A DNA stretch of 64,000 bases from Octopus vulgaris. Taxonomy: Eukaryota. Position 1 is the stretch's first letter. Every line of letters begins with the position of its first letter. Shown here piece after piece: positions 52,792 through 64,000 of this stretch. The translations under genes were made by a program, and so were the position numbers. The DNA lies in the NCBI GenBank assembly GCA_951406725.2, contig OX597817.1:153760001-153824000 (forward strand), given 5' to 3'. The notes beneath the pieces were generated by a model. It worked only from the letters and a program-made list of their open reading frames with translations. It was not told the origin of the DNA and made no database searches.

Positions 52792-53600
52792 GTCTATCTG
52801 TCTGTCTGTCTTGTTATATATTTTTGAAATTTACTCTTCCATACATACTTGATTAGGTGTCGAATTGGTAGAGTCTTTAAATGAGTTGAATAGTATGTGT
52901 CATGGAACATTTTCCAATTTTCTGAGCTCTGAGTTCAAATCCTACCAAAGTCATGATACCGTTCATCCTTTCGAGGTCAATAAAATCATCGCACCAATCC
53001 ACAGCAGTGGATTATCGGGACTGATAGCGAATCGGTATTGATGCACTGTGGTGTATGTTCGAGTTCTTTGCGTTCTAACACACATGCTTGGGGCGATATT
53101 GATGCCAAGCTGTATCAGCCCTGCTGAGCTGTTTTTCCCTTGGATGGAAACAGTGACGTGGAGAGGAGTGACTTGTATATGTTGACAACTGGCAGTATCA
53201 CGCAAAAAATTCTGCCCAGTCCTGCATATATTTATATATGCAGAGACAGGTTGATCCGTGACCGAGGGCGCCCTGAATAGGCAATTGATTCATATCGCGT
53301 TCTTCTGGATCAAGTTTGCAATTGATAAGTAGATAACAGTGTAGTCAGTTTACGGGAATATCAGTTTTAGATAATATTACGTGGACGATTCATAATACAT
53401 CCTTATCAACGCCATTTTCATAGCTGTACACTTGAATTTACCTGTTATCGATCAAATTTTCGAAATCTGGTTTTGGAAAAATTTCCATCATTAGTTTTGT
53501 TATTTTAATGTTGACTAAACTTCGTGTGTGTGTGTGTGTGTGTGTGCACGTTAAAAAAGATGGGAGCGATTTACGTTGACAGAGTCCACCAACGTCTATG

Positions 53601-53788
53601 GGGGCTAATGGAGTTTCACACCTCTCCTTGAAAAATACATTTTTTTTGAAAAAATTTTTTCGGATCCCTACATTTTAGATGTTGAATAGGCATATTCGTA
53701 ATCTCCGACATCTAAAACGTAGGAACCCGAAAATTTTTCTTTTAAAAAATGCATTTTTCAAGAAGAGGTGTGAAACTGCATTAGCCCC
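53601..53788. mobile_element. Fold-back MITE with GG termini and 8-bp TSD (Merlin-like)
   Basis: ggggctaatg.agtttcacacctct... / ...agaggtgtgaaactgcattagcccc; TSD cgtctatg on both sides. Confidence 0.75.
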
Positions 53789-53859
53789 CGTCTATGAATA
53801 CAAAATGGCTACAATATGTACGAACGAATATCTCTCTGTAATTTATTTATATATATATG

Positions 53860-55590
53860 TCTGACCATTTGTTTCTATTGTTCCGAAGCCCAGCGCGCCG
53901 ATGGCAGTAAATACAAATGAAAATCCATAGTCTGGGTAGAAAAGCTGTAAATTTCCCATTAGTTCTCTGTATTCTATTTCCAATTTTTGACAAGACACTC
54001 ACATCCGCCAGACAGCTATAACAGCGCCTAACTTGGTTACTTGTCTGACCTATTATTTTCAAACCGACTAACTTTTTTAATTGAAACGCTCTACCAGTTC
54101 TCTTTACTTTTAAAGGTCTGGATACATTCTTGCTCTGGTGCACCATTGGTATGACCGTCAGGGCACTCATCCCTGCATGTATCAATTGACAGTATTTTTG
54201 TATCTATGATTTTTTTACCGACAGTTTTGAACAGCAGCTGATGATATGTGTCATATCTTCCACACTGAAATAGCACAATCAATATTTTCTGTCACGAAGT
54301 GAAAGTCTAGAAGCATCCTTATCTCTCTTGTTGATGAGATATTTAGGCGGCGAGCTGGCAGAAACGTTAGCATGCCGGGCGAAATGCTTAGCGGTATTGC
54401 GTCTGTCGTTGCGTTCTGAGTTCAAATTCCGCCGAGGTCGACTTTGCCTTTCGTCCTTTCGGGGTCGATAAATTAAGTACCAGTTACGCACTGGGGTCGA
54501 TGTAATCGACTTAATCCGTTTGTCTGTCCTTGTTTGTCCCCTCTATGTTTAGCCCCTCGTGGGCAATAAAGAAACAGATATTTAGTAGTTTTCTCCCGTC
54601 CCTGAGTAGCAAAGGCACGGTTAATGTTGTTGATATGTACACATTCTACTGATATGATGAGTATTTCTCTTTCCAGTCTGGTTTAGTAGGTTAGTCCGTC
54701 CACTCTTGGTTCATATGGAACAGCTATACACTCAGAATATATTTCGACGTTCTTCACCTAATCTCATCATATTACTTTTGCTCTTGAGTATACAACTGAT
54801 ATACTCATTTTTCTCATTCCTCTTCAGTAACTAACATAATGCAACACTTACATGCTGTCTGGACTGGTTTATATTTCTGTCTCCATACTGCCGTCTAGCA
54901 TACACCCGGTCAGTGTTACTGTTGATGCAGAAGTCACCAGTATTCGTTACTATCTTTCAAGTGCTAATGTCCAGGCTGCAGATTTCTATGTGTCCAGTCT
55001 AATATTTCAAATCTTGGTACAAGCACGTGCACTGCGAAAGCAAGTAGGATGCGATTTTATCAAATGCAGACAGCTCTGTTGTTTTGTCAGATGCAGACAG
55101 CTCTGGCATCAATACCTCCCAAACTCAACTAAAATATTCTTTTGTCACTCTAGATTTACTTTAACATACGCAATTTTCTCATCGATTCTACGGCAATTGT
55201 AATATTCATCACTGGCGGTAGAGCAGACAGTAGACTATTGACATCCATTTTCCCTGTTTGGTCAACAAACTTCTCTCGTTTGACTTCCAAATAAGACTGC
55301 TTAACTTAGCTGAACTTCATCCATATATTCTGCAAGAATGTTGCGACCAGTTTTAACTGTCACTTGGTGCTGTAAATATTATTTGTATACAGCAGGTTAC
55401 ATTAATTTTTCTCTCCTTTGCAGATCTAATCACGTAGCTTTTATATTTTTTCAACAAGGGCTTCACGTCTAGGACGGAAAGATTACAGATAAGCCGGGAT
55501 AGTCCCACTGACAGCCCAATTCTGTTAGTGACTATAAGAGTAGTTCTTATCGATATCACTGTGGATTCTATTGTTGCCAATCTCTTCGTC
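53860..55590 (-). mobile_element. Decayed R4/Dong-like (RLE) non-LTR retrotransposon, RT C-terminus to endonuclease, split by SINE C
   Basis: Frameshifted - strand peptides KEYFS..EVLMPELSA, AFATQGREKTTKYLINKRDK, LCYFSVEDMTHIISCCSKL (CCHC-like), EYRELMGNLQLFYPDYGFSFVFTAIGALG. Confidence 0.7.
54346..54575 (+). mobile_element. SINE family C, full-length monomer
   Basis: TSD agatattta(g). Confidence 0.9.
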
Positions 55591-56593
55591 TGAGTGTGTG
55601 TGTATATGTGCATGTGTGTGTGGGGGGGGGGGTGAAGGCCTTGTCTTAGTGGTTAGGAGTGTTGCACTCAAAATTGCAAGATCCTGGTTTTGATTCCCAG
55701 ACCGGCCGTTGCATTTTGTTCTTGAGCAAAACACTTCATTTGTCGTTGCTCTGCGATCATTTCATCTGACATGTAGCACGCCATGCGCCTGTACAGGTAA
55801 TATCGATTTGATGGAGGGAGGGAGCTTATGCGACCACAAACATTTGATCACAATAAGCAAATCATTTGGGTGGTTGTTCAGAAAGAAACTGCAGAACCTC
55901 AAACGCCGTCTGATGAGAGTATCTATGACTCACACATGAATGGCGTGACTTTAGGGCGGAAATGACATCACTTTGATTGCGCGTCTGCGTTGAATAAAAA
56001 CCCCAGGAATCCTAGCAAAAATCTAATTCTTGAAATTAAACACTAAACTATATAATCGCCACATTGTGAATGATGAATATAATAGTACGTTATTAAATTT
56101 GCCATTATTCACGACGCCTTCTACTTTAATATTCGAGACCCTCGAATGAGTGGATGTTAATGTTTTTGACGAAGTAACATGTGACTTATCCTTTGAAGTC
56201 ATATTGTAGTCACGTGTCCTAATGCATTGCAGAGAAAGCAGTTGTGTACAGCCTTGTTTAATAGAAGCAGTGGTGCATATCTGATGGTTACGCAAGTTAA
56301 ACAATTTGATATGCCGTGTGTAATAGTCGTTGCATATTCATTATACATCCGGCGTTCTGTAATTAGTAAGTAATTTGGAACCAATATTTCCCGTTTGAGG
56401 TAACATTTTACTTCAGCTGAAATACTTTTTGACCGATAACAAGGCATGAAAATAGAGTTTGATAACCATAACAAATTAATGTAAGGTTTCTTCGCGTGGT
56501 TTTTATCTTAGTTTTTATCGTCTGCGGATGAAACTCTAGAAATTAAATCCTAGAAAAAAGCAACTTCAAAAAGAACTCCACGTGAGTCATGTA

Positions 56594-56669
<76 letters not shown>

Positions 56670-56804
56670 AATACACACACGCACATGCATACATACATAT
56701 GTACGCACGAAAATAAATAGACTTCAATGGTTGTTTCAGTTTACGTATTGCGAGAAGCTAGATTTTCTTCCATTCTTGCCAAAAAAAAAGTGGGAGATGT
56801 AACC

Positions 56805-56893
56805 ACCTTAACTACCACCAGCACTGCTGCTGCTGCTACTACTACAACCACCACCACCACCACCACCACCACCACCACCACCACCACCAACAA

Positions 56894-56940
<47 letters not shown>

Positions 56941-57193
56941 TTACCACCACTGCTGCTTTTTGTTGTTGTTGTTAAGCAACAAGACGGGTAAGGGTGATTA
57001 GGTGATGGTCTAGGGCTTAGGGGCAGAAGACCCCAGACCTTGGAAAAAAATAAAATTTTGGTCGTCTTGTTGTAGTCAAGGGCTCTTCGTTGACGCCCGA
57101 CACCACTGGGGGGTGGCCCTCGAAGTCGCTGAAAATGGAGATCTCCAGGTCCAAATTCTTCAATGGCTGCTGCTGCTGCTGCTACTACTACTA

Positions 57194-57237
<44 letters not shown>

Positions 57238-57270
57238 ACCACTACTGCTGCTGCTGCTTCTGCTTCTACT
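56805..57270. repeat. Trinucleotide microsatellites (CCA/CTA/CTG)n flanking ~180 bp of complex sequence
   Basis: Direct reading. Confidence 0.85.
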
Positions 57271-57527
57271 ATGTAGGGAATTGGGAGACTCCTTAGAGCG
57301 TTCGTAAAATAACTCGTGGTATTTTCCTTGCCCTCTATTCTAAATTCAAATATCATTGAAGTCAACTTATATCGTTTTCTTTTTCTTATCTTTCCGGGGT
57401 TCTTAAAATAAAGTACTGGTCAAGTACTTTGATAGATGGAACCGACTAGCCTATTCGCTCTAAAATTTCTTGAAATGAGTCAAAATTTTTAACATCTTTC
57501 ATTATGAAGGCAGTGAACTGGCAGAAT

Positions 57528-58810
57528 CGTTAGAGCGCCGGACAAAATGCTGAACAACATTTTTTCCGGTGCATTGCGTTCGAAAATAAATCCCATTGAG
57601 GCCTTTATCCATTCGGGGTCGATAAAATATTGTACGAATCAAGTACTGGATTCGATTTAATCGATTAATTCCCTCCCAGTAAAACTGCTGGCCTTATGCG
57701 AAAATATTTTAAGAACTATTATTATTATTATTCGGTTAAATAAGGCGGCGTTCTGGCAGAATCGTTAGCACGCTGGGCAGTGATTTTCTTTTATGCCCAC
57801 GAGAGTTCCGGACCCCAGTTATGAACTCATAGGCATACAGCCAATCAGAGCACAACTATGAAAGTAATTTATGTGAGCATAACAAGTGGTGGGCGATAAG
57901 ATAAGGTTACTTGTGTAAGGAATGACCATAGCTCTTTTCTCTTTTGAGAATGCTTGTTGTTCTTGTTCTTATTTCAACCATGGCTGCCTCTGCGTAGTTA
58001 TTTGTGTTGTTGTTTACTCACAAAATCCGATAATAAGTATAGATGCAAATCTATCTAATTACTTGTCTCCTAAAATCAGGTATATCTTGGCGATCGGTCG
58101 TCTTACAACACCGTTCTTGAACACCAACCTTTGTTAACTTGACAACAAGGTCAAGGTGTGCACTGATTGGCTGTATGTAAATGAGTTCATTACTGGGGTC
58201 CGGAACACATATGGGAAAAAAATTCGCCGAAGGGCAATATGCTTAGCGGCATTTCGTTTGTCTAAGGTCTACTTTACTTTTCATCTTTCGGGGTCGATGT
58301 AAAAATGTACCAGTTGAACACTGGGGCTGATGTAATCGACTCATCCCCTCCCCCAAAACTGCTGCCCTTGTGGCAAAATTTATAACCATTTTTATTCGAT
58401 CAAATAAGGCGACGCGCTAGCAGAATCGTTAGCACACCGGGCAATATGCTTAGCGACATTTCGTCCGTCTTTACGCTCTGGGTTCAAATTGCGCCGAGGT
58501 CATCTTTGTCTTTCATCCTTTCGGAGATCGATGAAATGAGTAGCAATTAAGCACTTGGGTCGATGTAATTTCAGGATTTTTGCCTTTAATGGAAAGGATT
58601 ATTATTGAGGCCGCGAGCAAGCATAATCGTTAGCTCACCGGACAAAATGCTTAGCAGCACTTCGTTCGCCTGTACGTCCTGAATCCAAATTCTGACGAAA
58701 TCAATTGTCTTCCATCTTTTAGATGAAATAAGTAGCAGCCGAGCACGTTATAATCGTCTTTCCCTCTGACTCGAAATTTCAGGCCTTTTGCTTTGTAGTA
58801 GAAAGGATTA
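57528..58810 (+). mobile_element. Cluster of four same-orientation diverged SINE C copies
   Basis: Heads at ~57528, ~57744, ~58408 and ~58608 (ggc.gcgagctggcagaatcgttag-like). Confidence 0.7.
57781..58228. mobile_element. MITE (same family as 39701) nested in SINE C
   Basis: Same TIRs and interior; SINE C resumes at gggcaatatgcttagcgg. Confidence 0.8.
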
Positions 58811-58819
58811 TTATCAATA

Positions 58820-58854
<35 letters not shown>

Positions 58855-58855
58855 G

Positions 58856-58895
<40 letters not shown>

Positions 58896-58983
58896 AGATG
58901 GATCGGGTACCGGACACGGATTCTGGATTATTTTTCCGTTTTTATTCTCATTTTAAAAAATCATCTCAAGCTAGTCGTTAAGA

Positions 58984-58984
58984 G

Positions 58985-59033
<49 letters not shown>

Positions 59034-59043
59034 GAGTAGTAGC

Positions 59044-59090
<47 letters not shown>

Positions 59091-59135
59091 CAGCAGCAGC
59101 AGCAGTAGCAGCAGTAGTAGTAGTAGTAGTAGTAG

Positions 59136-59186
<51 letters not shown>

Positions 59187-59195
59187 AAGTAGTAG
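58984..59195. repeat. (TAG)n microsatellite
   Basis: Direct reading. Confidence 0.95.
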
Positions 59196-59703
59196 TTCAA
59201 CTAGTAGCAATTAAAATCATAACAACGGGGTAACAATAATAAAAATAATGGTAGAGAAAGGATCAGATATCAATTTTTTACAACCAGACTTCCCCCAAGA
59301 ACAACTTGCCAAAGGAAACATGTGACATTCGTTTTATCTCCCTACGATAAAACAAAGCGCGTAATTTCTCCCCACGTCTCCCTTATTACTATTCTATCCT
59401 CGTTGCCTTCTTACACCATCACTTTCTCTCGCTGCCTCTTTTTTGCCTTGAGTCCCCTCGTTCATGATTGAGACCTTGTTTAGTCTATTCGTTTTCTCCC
59501 TCTCTGTCCCCCTTCTTTTTTGTCACTTCTCGTTAACTTATTCTTCCTTTTCTCACTTCTTATTAATGCGCTGTTTTCTACAGAAAATCTGATATTTTTA
59601 TACATACACCACACACACACGCGCACACACAAACACACCACAACACAAACGCACACACCACTACACGAATACAAACGTATACCATCACGTAAACATGCAC
59701 ACA

Positions 59704-59931
59704 TACCTATTTCTTTACTACCCACAAGGGGCTAAACACAGAGGGGACAAACAAGGACAGACAAACAGATTAAGTCGATTATATCGACCCCAGTGCGTAA
59801 CTGGTACTTAATTTATCGACCCCGAAAGGATGAAAGGCAAAGTTGACCTCGGCGGAATTTGAACCCGGAACGTAACTGCAGACGAAAAACGGTTACGCAT
59901 TTCGCCCGGCGTGCTAACGACTCTGCCAGCT
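59704..59931 (-). mobile_element. SINE family C
   Basis: Family match. Confidence 0.9.
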
Positions 59932-60083
59932 CACAAGCACTCACACACACACGAGCATACCACTACACAGACACCCGTGTACACACACACACACACTCAT
60001 GCTATAACACGAACGCATTCTCGTGTGCAAGCAGGCAGGCACACACGTACACACTTACGCACGAACACACCCACTCGAACACA

Positions 60084-60142
<59 letters not shown>

Positions 60143-60459
60143 GCACAAACACACGCACGAATACTCACACACACACATGAATACACACTCGCGCACGCAC
60201 GCACACACAGAGGCACTATGTAGCGAATAGGAATTCAAGATGCGTCTGTTAGTTCTCTGGATATTTCTCCCAAACCGTTTAGTTCTTTTTCTTTCTATCA
60301 CGCGCACACATTTATGCATATCTGCATGTATGTATGTATGTATGTATGTATGTATGTATGTATGTATGTATGTATGTATGTATGTATGTATGTGTGTGTG
60401 TGTCATTATTAACGCCGCCTTAGCGAAGGCGGATGTGCTCTGTTAAGGTTTTGGTTTTA

Positions 60460-60696
60460 GGGCGGCGAGCTGGCAGAGCCGTTAGCGTGCCGGGCGAAAT
60501 GCATAGCTGTATTTCGTCTGTCCTTACGTTCTGAGTTCAAATTCCGCCGAGGTCGACTTTGCCTTTCATCCTTTCGTGGTCGATTAAATAAGTACCAGTT
60601 GCGCACTGGAGTTAATATAATCGACTTGATCTGTTTGTCTGTCCTTGTTTCTCCCCTCTGTCTGTAGCCCCTTGTGGGTAGTAAAGAAATAGGTAT
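60460..60696 (+). mobile_element. SINE family C
   Basis: Family match. Confidence 0.9.
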
Positions 60697-60865
60697 TGTT
60701 TCAGGGATGTTTGGCCTCGTGACTAGCACGAACTGATCAGATTTTGAGATCGATCGGGTACCGGACACGGATTCTTGATTATTTTTCCGGTTTTTTTTTT
60801 ACTTAATTTTTGAGAGCGGCCGGGTTCATTTTTAGTATTCTCGTTTGTGAGAACAGTCGAGTTTA

Positions 60866-61262
60866 TCTTTATATATAAAAGAGAAGTTGTGTGTCTGTCT
60901 CCTACGATTTAGATTCCTAACTACTCCAACATTTTGCGGTGCAGTTTAACCAAAACCGGGTATCTTATAGTCGTGATTCATATCGAGCCCTTCTGGGTAT
61001 TAGCGCGCGTCTACGATGAGTCTACGATTTAAAAAAAAATTACCATCATTTTTTTCCATTTTAATGCATTTTTTCGCTATTATATAAGGGAAGTAACTCT
61101 CTAAAAATGTCTACGATGAGTCAACGATTTTTTAAAAAAATTACCATCATTTTTTTTCCATTTTTAATGCATTTTTTGCTATTTTTTTGGCTATAAAACT
61201 CTAAAAATGCTTATATAGTTATTTCCCTTACAAACCCGAGCAACGCCGGGCGATACTGCTAG
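60866..61262 (+). mobile_element. Non-autonomous Helitron (D1)
   Basis: A|TC...CTAG|T; near-identical to 44301. Confidence 0.8.
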
Positions 61263-61691
61263 TTTTAGATATTCTCCTTTAAAAAACCATCTCCGGCTAA
61301 TCGTTAAGAGGATGTTAGTGTTGCCTTAGCGAAGGTTTGCGCCCTCTGAATGCTCCTCTGCAATTTTATTCTAATATTTCTAGCCAGTAGAGAAAGAGCC
61401 GGTTTCTAACCTAGATCCAAGGCTCCTTCGTTGGAATTTCGACAACATCAACAGGATATTTTTGCATGTATGTGTATATGTATACGTGCAGATTCGTATG
61501 TTTGGTTATATGTATGTATTTTCATGCATATAGTTGCATATCTACACATGCTCATATAAAGCTGTTCAATGTCATATCAATGTATAAGCCAATACACAGA
61601 CAGCTTAGCTTTTGCAAAGCTAGAGAAATAGGGAAAAAGTCAAAGCTTTTGACCTAGTGAGTGCTTACAAGCATTTGTGTGCTGTGTGCGT

Positions 61692-61757
<66 letters not shown>

Positions 61758-62080
61758 GTATGTGTGTGTAAAATATATTATATTTCTATCTTAAGAGTTT
61801 GTTATTATCGTAGTGGGGACCATTACCCTATGAAATATTTCATGCGCTCAACACATGGAACACCTCAAAAATGACAAATTGACTACATTCTGGGTTGTAG
61901 CAAGTCTCACCAATTACGAATAAATTCTTTTATTTTTTTTTACTTGTTGTCATTGTATTATGACCATGCTGGGGCACTCACATTTTAAAGCTTGGTACTT
62001 ATTTTACCAGCCCCTTTCGTCGAACCGCTAGATTACGGAGACGTAAACAAATCACAATACCTGTTGCAAAACACGAGCGT

Positions 62081-62129
<49 letters not shown>

Positions 62130-62582
62130 CATACATGCACACACATATGTGAAGGGAATTCACTTAGTTTTCCTTTACCGAATTCAATCATAACGTATCG
62201 TGCCAACCGAGCATTATAGCAAAAGACACCCTAGATACTGTGCAGTGAGTTTGAATCCGGGAGCTTTGTTTGCACCTAAATGATAAGTAATAATAGTTGT
62301 GTTGTTACTGTGTGGAAAACTATATACTTTGTCAAAAGTTAGTCCACAGTGCTCTGTAACTGGTGGATGCATACATTTCGGAGTGGTTACCTCCTCTTCA
62401 GCTCCAGAAACCGGAAGGACAGGCGCTGCGAGCGCTGCAAACGGACATGATGCGATTAGACTTATTTATCTATGGCAAAATACAGTGAATAGCTTTCTTA
62501 GGAGCTCGAATATACCTCAAGCTTATTTGAACTGGTAACAAGTTTGAATGTATACATATCACTGCCTAGCGTTTTCGTCCTG

Positions 62583-62619
<37 letters not shown>

Positions 62620-62718
62620 CCTTTAACCCTCCAACGTGGAGTATAGGCCACTTATAATTGAATTCCATGTCGCATAATTTTTCGCTTCTGTACTTATACT
62701 CTGCCATGAATGTCCCCC

Positions 62719-63160
62719 TTACTCTAGTTCCTTTTGTGTTGATCTACGCCACGAGTTCTGAGGCCTACCTTTCTTTCTATATCCATCCAGTTTCCACTGT
62801 AAAGCACTTTTTGCTACATTTGATGTGTCTTTTCTAATTTTGCTACCAATCCACTTCCACTTTTTCTTAAATATTTGCTCCCTAATCGAAACTTGATTTG
62901 CTTTTTGCCATAGCTCTATATATTGCTTATGTGTTCGGGCCATCTAATTTTAAGTATACTACGCAAGCATCTGTTGATGAATGATTGTATTTGCTTATTT
63001 GACTTAACGGTTGTTCGCCATGTCTCGGCCTCATACAATAACACCGCTTTTACGTTAGTGTTAAAAATTCTTATTTTGTTCTTTATTAAAATTACACTTG
63101 CGTTCCATCCTTTTTTAACAGGTGAAAAACGGCCCTTGCCTTACTTATTCTCGCAATATC
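62719..63160 (-). mobile_element. Decayed RTE-clade LINE fragment (RT C-terminal region)
   Basis: Peptides DIARISKARAVF, KIRIFNTNVKAVLLYEAETW, INRCLRSILKIRWP, KKKWKWIG...ALQWKLDGYRKKGRPQNSWRR. Confidence 0.85.
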
Positions 63161-63162
63161 TT

Positions 63163-64000
63163 CGTCGGTGCCGCCTGAAAACGCTATCTTACTACCTAGC
63201 GATGCATTTATTAACTTCAAGGAAGTACAAAACTCTAATCTCCTTCAAATTTGGATCCTCTTACTTCAATGCACTTGTGCACTTGCTATAGTGCTCCAGC
63301 CTTTTCGTGAGGGCCACATGGAAGTTCTCCTTCAGATTGGGGAACAACCAAGAACTTACAGGGAATAAGGTTTAGACTGCAGGGTGTGGGTGTGTGAGGG
63401 ATAATTTTTATGCCTGTCTCTGCCAAGTAGTTGATTACCAGGATGGACACTTGGATTGGTACATTGTCCCGGTGCAGGTGCCACTGACGCGCGTGGAAGA
63501 GCTCTGGCCTTTTGCGACGAAACCTTTCCTGAATTCACTCAAAGCCTCCACAAAGTACTCTTTCTTGATCGTCTGGTCAGAGGGAGCTCAGTTGATGTAG
63601 ATGAATCTCATGCTATCGAAAAAGGGGGATCATTATAAGCTTCCAGTGGACTTGCTTTGTCTGGCCTTCTTGGGTCTGGGAGTTAGGATACTTCCATTGG
63701 GCACTCTGTCTCTTGGTCTCTGAAACATAACAGTAGATTCGGCTTTCATTACTAGTGACCAGAGACTCAAGTTCACTTGGATTGGAGGCCATGAGTTCAC
63801 CATTTCCCTGTTGTCATTAACACATGCTTACATCAATTGGTCACTGAACACTCTGGGAACAAACTTTACAAAAATTTTGCACATGTTCAGATCATCATAG
63901 ATAATTCTGTGTATAGTACACCACCTCTAAATTGCATGAATATTATTTTTAGAGACATACGATTGTCTTTATCTAGAGAATGGCAACTTTTCTCAACCAG
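63163..64000 (-). pseudogene. Decayed mariner transposase (runs off window end)
   Basis: Frameshifted motifs KFVPRV, LVTSNESRIYCY.SETKRQSAQW, WHLHRDN, LFPNLK, KCIEVRGSKFEGD*. Confidence 0.85.

Larger units (their letters stand above)
60405..61360 (+). mobile_element. Helentron/HINE-like non-autonomous element hosting a SINE C and a Helitron
   Basis: 5' ttattaacgccgccttagcgaaggcgga hairpin; 3' gccttagcgaaggtttgcgccctctgaatgct; interior gatcgggtaccggacacggattc also at ~58900. Confidence 0.5.

Noticed and set aside
62299-62538. 79-aa ORF / possible phase-1 exon starting near 62402 (APETGRTG...)
   Set aside because: No recognisable homology and weak splice signals; cannot be supported from sequence alone

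Overview
AT-rich eukaryotic (metazoan) DNA saturated with microsatellites and short interspersed repeats. The SINE repertoire and microsatellite density point to a coleoid cephalopod, most likely Octopus (inference). Nearly all ORFs in the track are microsatellite or SINE artefacts. The only host-gene signal I can support is on the + strand. It consists of a compact Pol II promoter (CRE, CCAAT, TATA at ~2476-2550), a first exon encoding a signal-peptide-like MIPSKLYIPLLSALL with a GTAAGT donor at 2736, and a candidate 31-nt second exon at 52680-52710. If so, most of the window is one ~50-kb intron. The rest comprises several tRNA-derived SINE families (my labels A, B, C, E), non-autonomous Helitrons, hAT/mariner/Merlin-type MITEs, decayed LINEs (CR1-like, RTE, R4/Dong-like), two solo-LTR-like elements, two mariner transposase relics and a tRNA-Gln(TTG) pseudogene joined to a SINE/LINE tail. 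I see no prokaryotic-type system such as CRISPR or an operon. The most interesting signals concern retroelement modularity: tail sharing, tail swapping, concatemeric SINEs, a tRNA-tail chimera and hammerhead-like motifs. Coordinates were read by eye and may be off by a few bases.
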